A stretch of 64,000 bases of DNA from Ranitomeya imitator (Eukaryota): the NCBI RefSeq assembly GCF_032444005.1, contig NC_091291.1, forward strand, positions 7,812,001-7,876,000. Direction: 5' to 3'. Within the stretch, counting starts at the first letter, position 1. The number at the start of each line of letters is the position of its first letter. Positions 25,899 to 39,100 of the stretch are shown in pieces. The notes under the pieces are model-generated. The model did no database searches, was not told the DNA's origin, and saw only the letters and a list, made by a program, of their open reading frames with translations. A program made the translations under genes and the position numbers.

Positions 25899-26396
25899 TC
25901 GTTACATTTGATACAAAGTTGTTACATTAGATACAAAGTTGTTACATTAGATACAAAGTTGTTACATTAGATACAAAGTTGTTACATTAGATACAAAGTT
26001 GTTACATTAGATACAAAGTTGTTACATTAGAAACAAAGTTGTTACATTAGAAACAAAGTTGTTACATTAGATACAAAGTTGTTACATTAGATACAAAGTT
26101 GTTACATTAGAAACAAAGTTGTTACATTAGATACAAAGTTGTTACATTAGATACAAAGTTGTTACATTAGAAACAAAGTTGTTACATTAGATACAAAGTT
26201 GTTACATTAGATACAAAGTTGTTACATTAGAAACAAAGTTGTTACATTAGATACAAAGTTGTTACATTAGATACAAAGTTGTTACATTAGATACAAAGTT
26301 GTTACATTAGAAACAAAGTTGTTACATTAGATACAAAGTTGTTACATTAGATACAAAGTTGTTACATTAGATACAAAGTTGTTACATTAGATACAA
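25899..26396. repeat. 20-bp minisatellite, about 25 near-perfect copies, with degenerate copies to about 27370
   Basis: Unit GTTACATTAGATACAAAGTT. Confidence 0.95.
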
Positions 26397-28214
26397 AAAA
26401 AAAACATAAAAAATTGTTGCATTTTAATACAAAAAAATAACATTGTTACATTAGATACAAAAATCCAAACTGTTACATTAGATACAACATTGTTACATTA
26501 AAACACAAAATGGTTACATTAGACACCAAAATATAAAACTGTGACATTAAATACAAGATATACAAAAAATATATTACATTAGATACAAAATTGTTACATT
26601 AGATTTCCCGCCCCTAAAAAGAAAATGGATAAACGAGATAACAAAATATACAAAATTGCTACATTTAGAACAAAAAAAAAAATACAAAATTTTTACATTC
26701 AATACAAAAATCAAAATTGTTACATCAGATACAAAACGCAAAATTGTTACATTAGATACAAAATTTTTATATTTAAATACAAAAACACAAAATTGTTACA
26801 TTAGACACAAAAAATACAAAATTGTTACATTAGACACAAAAAAATACAAAATTGTTACATTAAATACAAGAGATACAAAAAGAAATGTTACATTAGATAC
26901 AAAACTGTTACATTAAATACAAAAAAAAAATCCAAGCTTGTTACATGAGATCAAAAAAAGATACAAAATTGTTACGAGATACAAAAGTGGGGAAATAGTT
27001 AAACAAAGTTAAAAAAAAGATACAAACTTGTTACATAAATAAATAAATAAAAATATATACAAAAGTTGTTACATTAGATGCAAAAAAAAAAAAAATACAA
27101 TTTATCTGGGATAGAAAAAGATACAAAATTGTTTCATTAGATTTCCCGCCCCCAAAAAAGAAAATGGATAAATGAGATAACAAAATATACAAAAGTGTCC
27201 AATAAAAGATACAAAATGACTACATGTGCATACAACAAACATACAAAATTGTTACATGAGCGGCCAAAAAAGATGCAAGATTTTCACCTGAGATCCAAAC
27301 AGATACAAAATTGTTACAGAAGCAGTAAATAAAAGGATTTTGTAAATATTTTTGATATTTTTGTTACATTTGGTTTGTACCTGAAAACTAAAAAAAAAGG
27401 GGTCGGCACTGAGCCTTTGAGATTTTGGAGCAAGTCTTATGCGCAAAGCCATTGTCTTGAGACCCCCAAAATGACCCGGACGGACGGTCCCCCGGTTTCT
27501 CACAATGCTGAACACTAGATCGGCCACATTGGCCATTATGAAGCCTGAATAAACTGACAACTCCAGTGACGGCTCTGGTGACAGCCATGTTGGTTGTCAC
27601 CTAGTTTTTCCAATTCCACTGATGGGCAGAGATTTTTCCAATCTGGGTTTCTGCTCCATTTTGTGACCCGGACGCTCGGCCCCTGTGGTCCCAAGGAGGA
27701 AGGGGGGCTCCAGATCTTCCCAGCCCGTGCCTCTGTTATCACAATGGAGGAGCAGATGCAGATATAGGATATCGGAGGACAATGCCAATAGTACATGACG
27801 GGGGGAGCGCGGCTTAATGCAGGACGTGGGGGCAAGGGCCACGCAGGAAGTGGCTCTCAGGCCTCGCTGTTATGACAGCCCGGAGGAAGTCGCTGATGGC
27901 ACTTTGTAGATTGTTAGATCTCTGCTCCTGAAGTCCCATCATCCACAATCAGGGGCTCCCCATCATTCACACACAATGGCCGCGGGGGGACAGGGATGGT
28001 GGCCGTAGGGATCCATGGGCACCACGCATTAGGTTATAGACGCAGCTGCAGGGCATATATATATATATATATATTAGCACACACTGTGAAGAGGTAGAAT
28101 TTGGGCACAATATGGCGGTAAGACTTCACGGTGTAGCAGCGGTATGTATGCACTGTATGGCAGAAATATGCAGGTGATGCAGGGCAATATTAGGTAGGCT
28201 ATCAGGTAGGGTAA

Positions 28215-28900
28215 CTTGGGCACACCATGGCAGGCAGGGTGCACAATATTAGGTAGGCTATCGGGCATGGTTATACGGGCACGCCATGGTAAGCAGGGTG
28301 CACAATATTAGGCAGGCTATAGGGCAGGGTTACATGGCACACCATGGCAGGCAGGCTATAGGACACGGTTATACGGGCATGCCATGGCAGGCAGGGTGCA
28401 CAATATTAGGCAGGCTATAGGGCAGGGTTATATGGCCACGCCATGACAGGCAGGGGGCACAATATTAGGCAGGCTATAGGACACGGTTATACGGGCACAC
28501 CATGACAGGCAGGGTGCACAATATTAGGCAGGCTATAGGACACGGTTATACGGGCATGCCATGGCAGGCAGGGTGCACAATATTAGGCAGGCTATAGGGC
28601 AGGGTTATATGGGCACGCCATGACAGGCAGGGGGCACAATATTAGGCAGGCTATAGGACACGGTTATATGGGCACGCCATGACAGGCAGGGGGCACAATA
28701 TTAGGCAGGCTATAGGACACGGTTATACGGGCACGCCATGACAGGCAGGGGGCACAATATTAGGCAGGCTATAGGACACGGTTATACGGGCACACCATGA
28801 CAGGCAGGGTGCACAATATTAGGCAGGCTATAGGGCAGGGTTATATGGGCACGCCATGACAGGCAGGCTATAGGGCAGGGTTATATTGGCACACCATGAC
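28215..28900. repeat. 59-bp minisatellite, about 11 copies
   Basis: GACAGGCAGG recurs at 28681 and 28740. Confidence 0.92.
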
Positions 28901-29504
28901 AGGTACCGACTGATCCACCATTTCTGCTCTCGAGTGTTGCATCCTGCTGACGACGCCAGGTGTAAACAGGTGCCTAAGATGCACCAGTGCAGAAGCTGAG
29001 GACACAGCGGTAACTTCACCAAAGATTATTTATTACTCTAACACATTTACAATAGATACAAGCGTCGTGAACCCGTCACTGTCGTTGCTCTGTCCATCTG
29101 GTGGTCATGACACCTGCCGTCCAGGTCCTAATGGGAGTCTATGCTACTACGCCGTTAGTGCCTTCTTGGTGAGTCCATTTCTTGGTCAGTTGCGTTCTTT
29201 TGGGTCTGGTCACTTGTAAAGGCGGCTATAAGCCAACCTCGCTGCACCACACGTCCGTCCTTCTACAGGTTCAGCCGTCGTCTCTGCCCCTTCTCTGTTG
29301 TCCTTGGCCTTTTGTAGTTCCTAACTGGGAAACAGCTCTCATCTGACCTGGTGTCTCCTCCAATCTCTTCTGTAAAGGAACATGCCCTACACTCTTCAGT
29401 TCCTGCTAATGCAATTCTCTGTGCTTTCCTATCATCTTGGACCAGCAGATGGTGGTGTTCACTAGCAGACACTCTGTGCGTCTCCTCAGGTGTCCATCTC
29501 CTTA

Positions 29505-31915
29505 CATAAACACTGTATAGCAGTATCAGACATAGTATGGCGGTATTATGTAGACACTGTGTAGTAGTATCAGATATAGTACGGCAGTATTGTCTAGACA
29601 CTCTATAGTAGTATCAGACATAGTATGGCGGTATTATGTAGACACTGTATAGTAGTATCAGACATATTATGGCAGTATTGTGTAGACACTGTATAGTAGT
29701 ATCAGACATAGTATGGCGGTATTATGTAGACACTGTATAGTAGTATCAGACATAGTATGGCGGTATTATGTAGACACTGTATAGTAGTATCAGACATAGT
29801 ATGGTGGTATTATGTAGACACTGTATAGTAGTATCAGATATAGTACGGCAGTATTATGTAGACACTGTATAGTAGTATCAGACATAGTATGGCAGTATTG
29901 TGTAGACACTGTATAGTAGTATCAGATATAGTATGGCAGTATTGTGTAGACACTCTATAGTAGTATCAGACATAGTATGGTGGTATTATGTAGACACTGT
30001 ATAGTAGTATCATAGTATGGCAGTGTTGTGTAGACACTCTATAGTAGTATCAGACATAGTACGGCAGTGTTGTGTAGACACTGTATAGCAGTATCAGACA
30101 TAGTATGGCGGTATTATGTAGACACTGTATAGTAGTATCAGATATAGTATGGCAGTGTTGTGTAGACACTGTATAGTAGTATCAGACATAGTATGGTGGT
30201 ATTATGTAGACACTGTATAGTAGTATCAGACATAGTATGGCAGTATTGTGTAGACACTGTATAGTAGTATCAGACATAGTATGGCGGTATTATGTAGACA
30301 CTGTATAGTAGTGTCAGACATAGTATGGCGGTATTATGTAGACACTGTATAGTAGTATCAGATATAGTATGGCAGTGTTGTGTAGACACTGTATAGTAGT
30401 ATCAGACATAGTATGGTGGTATTATGTAGACACTGTATAGTAGTATCAGACATAGTATGGCAGTATTATGTAGACACTGTATAGTAGTATCAGACATAGT
30501 ATGGCAGTATTGTGTAGACACTGTATAGTAGTATCAGACATAGTATGGCGGTATTATGTAGACACTGTATAGTAGTGTCAGACATAGTATGGCGGTATTA
30601 TGTAGACACTGTATAGTAGTATCAGATATAGTATGGCAGTGTTGTGTAGACACTGTATAGTAGTATCAGACATAGTATGGTGGTATTATGTAGACACTGT
30701 ATAGTAGTATCATAGTATGGCAGTATTATGTAGACACTCTATAGTAGTATCAGACATAGTACGGCAGTGTTGTGTAGACACTCTATAGTAGTATCAGACA
30801 TAGTATGGCGGTATTATGTAGACACTGTATAGTAGTATCAGATATAGTATGGCAGTGTTGTGTAGACACTGTATAGTAGTATCAGACATAGTATGGTGGT
30901 ATTATGTAGACACTGTATAGTAGTATCAGACATAGTATGGCAGTATTGTGTAGACACTGTATAGTAGTATCAGACATAGTATGGCGGTATTATGTAGACA
31001 CTGTATAGTAGTGTCAGACATAGTATGGCAGTATTGTGTAGACACTGTATAGTAGTATCATAGTATGGCAGTATTGTGTAGACACTATAGTAGTATCAGA
31101 CATAGTATGGCAGTATTGTGTAGACACTGTATAGTAGTATCATACATAGTATGGCGGTATTGTGTAGACACTGTATAGTAGTATCAGACATAGTATGGCA
31201 GTATCATGTAGACATTGTATAGTAGTATCATACATAGTATGGCGGTATTGTGTAGACAATGTATAGTAGTATCATACATAGTATGGCAGTATTGTGTAGA
31301 CACTGTATAGTGGCATCCGACATAGTATAGCAATATTATGTAGACACTGTATATTAGTATCAGACATAGTATGGCAGTATTGTGTAGACACTGTACAGTG
31401 GCATCAGACATAGTATGGCAGTATTATGTAGACACTATATAGTAGTATCATAGTATGGCGGTATTATGTAGACACTGTATAGCAGTATCAGACATAGTAT
31501 GGAGGTATTGTATAGACACTGTAAAGTAGTATCATACATAGTATGGCAGCATTAGGTGGACACTGTATAGTAGTATCAGACATAGTATGGCGGTATTGTG
31601 TAGACACTGTATAGTGGCATCAGACACAGTATAGCAATATTATGTAGATACTGTTTAGTGGTATCAGACATAGTATGGTGGTATTATGTAGACACTGTAC
31701 AGTGGCATCAGACATAGTATGGCAGTATTATGTAGACACTATATAGTAGTATCATAGTATGGCGGTATTATGTAGACACTGTATAGCAGTATCAGACATA
31801 GTATGGCGGTATTGTATAGACACTGTAAAGCAGTATCATACATAGTATGGCATCATTATGTGGACACTGTATAGTAGTATCAGACATAGTATGGCAGTAT
31901 TATGTAGACACTGCA
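29505..31915. repeat. 44-bp satellite, about 55 copies
   Basis: Unit GTAGACACTGTATAGTAGTATCAGACATAGTATGGCGGTATTAT. Confidence 0.95.
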
Positions 31916-33384
31916 AGGAAATTTAATCTGGCCATTGAAAGTCAGTACTCTACAGGATAGGTGCTGTGGAGCAGAATGATATATGCAGAGTATAGCACTG
32001 TTAAAGGGGCTTTCCCCTTTTTGTAATAATGAATAAACCTTATTAATGACTGTTATTGATACTATATTGATTGGTTTCACCGCTCTGCCCCCCGCCCCAC
32101 CCCCACCCCCACTGTCTGCAATGTCGGATGCTTTGGGTATCTCGGCTATAAAGAACAGCGGCAGTGCCGGGTATTACAGCACAGCTATAAAGAACAGCGG
32201 CAGTGCCGGGTATTACAGCACAGGAGCGAGAAAGCAGCAATCCTCATCAAAAACCCTGCGGACTACATGTACAGTATGTGATTGTTACACTTAAAGAGAT
32301 AGTGAACTACAAGTCATAGAGACGCTGTATGGCAGCATTATGTAGGCACTGATCACATGAATATGTAGATAAAGGGCAGATTTACGTAGACACAGTATGG
32401 TAGTATTATATTACATCTGTGTGACGTGGATTCGATGTAGCAGAGCTGTAATGACACCGCAGCTGAAAGATTTATACTTATTAGAGGAAATGATCTATAA
32501 AAACCGTAAATTAGCGGAGACGGCAGATCATTCTTTCACCAGAAAACTCAGAGATTATTGCACAAAGATGGCACAAGAATATCAACCGCTTATCACAGCT
32601 GCAAAACCACAAGAAGTAAGTCACGGCCAACCTCCACATATTACAGCAAAGGGGGCAGCCGCAGGACTTACACAACCTACAGAACAGAAGAAGACAGCAG
32701 CCAAGAAAGGATTATAGCACATATATTCCTGCACATAGGAGCAGTATTATAGTAGTTATATTTTTGTACATAGGGGGCAGTATTATAGTAGTTATATTCC
32801 TGCACATAGGGGCAGTATTATAGTAGTTATATTATTGTACATAGGAGCAGTATTATAGTAGTTATATTCTTGTACATAGGAGCAGTATTATAGTAGTTAT
32901 ATTCTTGTACATAGGGGCAGTATTATAGTAGTTATATTCTTGTACATAGGGGCAGTATTATAGTAGTTATATTCTTGTACATAGGGGGCAGTATTATAGT
33001 AGTTATATTCTTGTACATAGGGGCAGTATTATAGTAGTTATATTCTTGTACATAGGGGCAGTATTATAGTAGTTATATTCTTGTACATAGGAGCAGTATT
33101 ATAGCAGTTATATTCTTGTACATAGGAGCAGTATTATAGCAGTTATATTCTTGTACATAGGAGCAGTATTATAGTAGTTATATTCTTGTACATAGGAGCA
33201 GTATTATAGCAGTTATATTCTTGAACGTAGGGCCAGTATTATAGTAGTTATATTTTTGTACATAGGAGCAGTATTATAGTAGTTATATTCTTGTACATAG
33301 GAGCAGTATTATAGTAGTTATATTCCTGTACATAGGGGCAGTATTATAGTAGTTATATTCCTGTACATAGGGGCAGTATTATAG

Positions 33385-33866
33385 TAACATAGGAACATAG
33401 TTAGTAAGGCCGAAAAAAGACATTTGTCCATCCAGTTCAGCCTATATTCCATCATAATAAATCCCCAGATCTACGTCCTTCTACAGAACCTAATAATTGT
33501 ATGATACAATATTGTTCTGCTCCAGGAAGACATCCAGGCCTCTCTTGAACCCCTCGACTGAGTTCGCCATCACCACCTCCTCAGGCAAGCAATTCCAGAT
33601 TCTCACTGCCCTAACAGTAAAGAATCCTCTTCTATGTTGGTGGAAAAACCTTCTCTCCTCCAGACGCAAAGAATGCCCCCTTGTGCCCGTCACCTTCCTT
33701 GGTATAAACAGATCCTCAGCGAGATATTTGTATTGTCCCCTTATATACTTATACATGGTTATTAGATCGCCCCTCAGTCGTCTTTTTTCTAGACTAAATA
33801 ATCCTAATTTCGCTAATCTATCTGGGTATTGTAGTTCTCCCATCCCCTTTATTAATTTTGTTGCCC
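33385..33866 (-). mobile_element. CR1 LINE, 5'-truncated 3' fragment (ORF2 C-terminus, 3' UTR and CTATGTT tail)
   Basis: ORF 33843-33490 LAKLGLFSLEKRRLRGDLITMYKYIRG...TRGHSLRLEERRF...RRGFFTVRAVRIWNCLPEEVV...FKRGLDVFL is the typical CR1 ORF2 end; 3' end ..GGCTGAACTGGATGGAC..CTATGTTCCTATGTTAC. Confidence 0.93.
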
Positions 33867-35649
33867 TACTATAATAGTAGTTATATTCTTGTACATAGGA
33901 GCAGTATTATAGCAGTTATATTCTTGTACATAGGAGCAGTATTATAGTAGTTATATTATTGTACATAGGGGCAGTATTATAGTAGTTATATTATTGTATA
34001 TAGGGGCAGTATTATAGTAGTTATATTCTTGTACATAGGAGCAGTATTATAGTAGTTATATTCTTGTACATAGGAGCAGTATTATAGTAGTTATATTCTT
34101 GTACATAGGGGCAGTATTACAGTAGTTATATTCTTGTACATAGGAGCAGTATTATAGTAGTTATATTCTTGTACATAGGGGCAGTATTACAGTAGTTATA
34201 TTCTTGTACATAGGAGCAGTATTATAGCAGTTATATTATTGCATATAGGGGCAGTATTATAGTAGTTATATTCTTGTACATAGGAGCAGTATTATAGTAG
34301 ATATATTCTTGTACATAGGAGCAGTATTATAGTAGTTATATTCTTGTACATAGGGGCAGTATTATAGTAGTTATATTCTTGTACATAGGGGCAGTATTAT
34401 AGTAGTTATAGTCTTGTACATAGGAGCAGTATTATAGTATTTATATTCTTGTACATAGGGGGCAGTATTATAGTAGTTATATTCTTGTACATAGGAGCAG
34501 TATTATAGTAGTTATATTCTTGTACATAGGGGCAGTATTATAGTAGTTATATTCTTGTACATAGGAGCAGTATTATAGTAGTTATAGTCTTGTACATAGG
34601 AGCAGTATTATAGTATTTATATTCTTGTACATAGGGGGCAGTATTATAGTAGTTATATTCTTGTACATAGGAGCAGTATTATAGTAGTTATAGTCTTGTA
34701 CATAGGAGCAGTATTATAGTATTTATATTCTTGTACATAGGAGCAGTATTATAGTAGGTATATTCTTGTACATAGGAGCAGTATTATAGTAGTTATATTC
34801 TTGTACATAGGGGCAGTATTATAGTAGTTATATTCTTGTACATAGGGGCAGTATTATAGTAGTTATATTCTTGTACATAGGAGCAGTATTATAGTAGTTA
34901 TATTCTTGTACATAGGGGGCAGTATTATAGTAGTTATATTCTTGTACATAGGAGCAGTATTATAGTAGTTATATTCTTGTACATAGGAGCAGTATTATAG
35001 TAGGTATATTCTTGTACATAGGAGCAGTATTATAGTAGTTATATTCTTGTACATAGGGGCAGTATTATAGTAGTTATATTATTGTATATAGGGGCAGTAT
35101 TATAGTAGTTATATTCTTGTACATAGGAGCAGTATTATAGTAGTTATATTCTTGTACATAGGGGCAGTATTATAGTAGATATATTCTTGTACATAGGAGC
35201 AGTATTATAGTAGTTATATTCTTGTACATAGGGGCAGTATTATAGTAGTTATATTCTTGTACATAGGGGCAGTATTATAGTAGTTATAGTCTTGTACATA
35301 GGAGCAGTATTATAGTATTTATATTCTTGTACATAGGGGGCAGTATTATAGTAGTTATAGTCTTGTATATAGGAGCAGTATTATAGTAGTTATATTCTTG
35401 TACATAGGAGCAGTATTATAGCAGTTATATTATTGTACATAGGGGCAGTATTATAGTAGTTATATTCTTGTACATAGGGGCAGTATTATAGTAGTTATAT
35501 TCTTGTACATAGGGGCAGTATTATAGTAGTTATAGTCTAGTATATAGGAGCAGTATTATAGTAGTTATATTCTTGTACATAGGAGCAGTATTATAGCAGT
35601 TATATTATTGTACATAGGGGCAGTATTATAGCAGTTATATTATTGTACA

Positions 35650-36146
35650 CTAGATGGCAGCCCGATTCTAAAGAATCGGGAGTCTAGAATCCATATATAC
35701 TTTATTTATTCAAATGTAAGAATAATACAATTAATAAATAATAGTAAGAAAGAACAAAAATAATAGGCAGTATATGGAGAAAACACCAAACAAAAGTTCA
35801 AAATTGGTGTGAAAATGTCACTGAACCACTTCACAACTAAATATATATAGTTTTGGTAAATGGTATTATCATTTTTTTGACGAAATTCGGCAGGAGCTTG
35901 AAGAGCAACGTCACTGGGCCCGCCTCCACGCAGTAGAAACTTGCTGTGAGGTAAAAATTCAAAAATCACACCAAAATGGCGGGCGGAGTGTGTCACAGTA
36001 CGGCACGTTTCTGATTGGTCGCTCGCAGCAGGCGGCAACCAATCAGACACTGGACACTGTTGACGTCACTTATCTCCGGACATTAGCTCCGGACGGAAGT
36101 TGGCACAAATTGCAGGAAGTAGTATTCTAGGCAATTATATATTAGA
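35650..36146 (-). mobile_element. Non-autonomous Helitron, 497 bp
   Basis: On the - strand it starts TC and ends CTAG; a perfect 9-bp hairpin CCCGATTCT-AA-AGAATCGGG (35661-35680) lies 7 nt from the CTAG; it sits between A and T of the satellite (..GTACA|TAGGAGCAG..) with no TSD. Confidence 0.85.
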
Positions 36147-39100
36147 TAGGAGCAGTATTATAGTAGTTATATTCTTGTACATAGGGGCAGTATTATAGTA
36201 GTTATATTCTTGTACATAGGGAGCAGTATTATAGCAGTTATATTCTTGTACATAGGGGCAGTATTATAGCAGTTATATTATTGTACATAGGAGCAGTATT
36301 ATAGTAGTTATATTCTTGTACATAGGGGGCAGTATTATAGTAGTTATATTCCTGCACATAGGGGCAGTATTATAGTAGTTATATTCTTGTACATAGGGAG
36401 CAGTATTATAGCAGTTATATTCTTGTACATAGGGGCAGTATTATAGCAGTTATATTATTGTACATAGGAGCAGTATTATAGTAGTTATATTCTTGTACAT
36501 AGGGGGCAGTATTATAGTAGTTATATTCCTGCACATAGGGGCAGTATTATAGTAGTTATATTCCTGCACATAGGGGCAGTATTATAGTAGTTATATTCCT
36601 GCACATAGGGGCAGTATTATAGTAGTTATATTCTTGTACATAGGGGCAGTATTATAGTAGTTATATTCTTGTACATAGGGGCAGTATTATAGCAGTTGTA
36701 TTATTGTACATAGGAGCAGTATTATAGTAGTTATATTCTTGTACATAGGGGCAGTATTATAGTAGTTATATTCTTGTACATAGGGGCAGTATTATAGTAG
36801 TTATATTCTTGTACATAGGGGCAGTATTATAGCAGTTGTATTATTGTACATAGGAGCAGTATTATAGTAGTTATATTCTTGTACATAGGGGCAGTATTAT
36901 AGCAGTTATATTATTGTACATATGAGCAGTATTATAGTAGTTATATTCTTGTATATAGAAGCAGTATTATAGTAGTTATATTCCTGTAAATAGGGGAAGT
37001 ATTATAGTAGTTATATTCCTGTACATAGGGGCAGTACTATAGTAGTTATATTCTTCTACATAGGGGCAGTATTATAGTAGTTATATTCTTGTACATAGGG
37101 GCAGTACTATAGTAGTTATATTCTTCTACATAGGGGCAGTATTATAGTAGTTATATTCTTGTACATAGGGGCAGTATTATAGTAGTTATATTCTTGTACA
37201 TAGGGGCAGTACTATAGTAGTTATATTCTTCTACATAGGGGGCAATATTATAGTAGTTATATTCTTGTACATAGGGGCAGTATTATAGTAGTTATATTCC
37301 TGTACATAGGGGCAGTACTATAGTAGTTATATTCTTCTACATAGGGGCAGTATTATAGTAGTTATATTCTTGTACATAGGGGCAGTATTATAGTAGTTAT
37401 ATTCTTGTACATAGGGGCAGTATTATAGTAGTTATATTCTTGTACATAGGAGCAGTATTATAGTAGTTATATTCTTGTACACAGAAGCAGTATTATAGTA
37501 GTTATATTCTTGTACACAGGAGCAGTATTATAGTAGTTATATTCTTGTACATATGGGGCAGTATTATAGTAGTTATATTCTTGTACACAGGAGCAGTATT
37601 ATAGTAGTTATATTCTTGTACATAGAGGCAGTATTATAGTAGTTATATTCTTGTACATAGGGGCAGTATTATAGTAGTTATATTCTTGTACATAGGAGCA
37701 GTATTATAGTAGTTATATTCTTGTACATAGGGAGCAGTATTATAGTAGTTATATTCTTGTACATAGGGAGCAGTATTATAGTAGTTATATTCTTGTACAT
37801 AGGGGCAGTATTATAGTAGTTATATTCTTGTACATAGGGAGCAGTATTATAGTAGTTATATTCTTGTACATAGGAGCAGTATTATAGTAGTTATATTCTT
37901 GTACATAGGGGCAGTATTATAGTAGTTATATTCTTGTACATAAGAGCAGTATTATAGTAGTTATATTCTTGTACATAGGGAGCAGTATTATAGTAGTTAT
38001 ATTCTTGTACATAGGGGCAGTATTATAGTAGTTATATTCTTGTACATAGGAGCAGTATTATAGTAGTTATATTCTTGTACATAGGGGCAGTATTATAGTA
38101 GTTATATTCTTGTACATAGGAGCAGTATTATAGTAGTTATATTCTTGTACATAGGGAGCAGTATTATAGTAGTTATATTCTTGTACATAGGGGCAGTATT
38201 ATAGTAGTTATATTCTTGTACATAGGAGCAGTATTATAATAGTTATATTCTTGTACATAGGGGCAGTATTATAGTAGTTATATTCTTGTACATATGAGCA
38301 GTATTATAGTAGTTATATTCTTGTATATAGAAGCAGTATTATAGTAGTTATATTCCTGTAAATAGGGGCAGTATTATAGTAGTTATATTCCTGTACATAG
38401 GGGCAGTACTATAGTAGTTATATTCTTCTACATAGGGGCAGTATTATAGTAGTTATATTCTTGTACATAGGAGCAGTATTATAGTAGTTATATTCTTGTA
38501 CATAGGGGCAGTATTATAGTAGTTATATTCTTGTACATAGGGGCAGTATTATAGTAGTTATATTCTTGTACATAGGGGCAGTACTATAGTAGTTATATTC
38601 TTGTACATATGAGCAGTATTATAGTAGTTATATTCTTGTATATAGAAGCAGTATTATAGTAGTTATATTCCTGTACATAGGGGCAGTATTATAGTAGTTA
38701 TATTCTTGTACATAGGGGCAGTACTATAGTAGTTATATTCTTCTACATAGGGGCAGTATTATAGTAGTTATATTCTTGTACATAGGAGCAGTATTATAGT
38801 AGTTATATTCTTGTACATAGGAGCAGTATTATAATAGTTATATTCTTGTACATAGGGGCAGTATTATAGTAGTTATATTCTTGTACATATGAGCAGTATT
38901 ATAGTAGTTATATTCTTGTATATAGAAGCAGTATTATAGTAGTTATATTCCTGTAAATAGGGGCAGTATTATAGTAGTTATATTCCTGTACATAGGGGCA
39001 GTACTATAGTAGTTATATTCTTCTACATAGGGGCAGTATTATAGTAGTTATATTCTTGTACATAGGGGCAGTATTATAGTAGTTATATTCTTGTACATAG

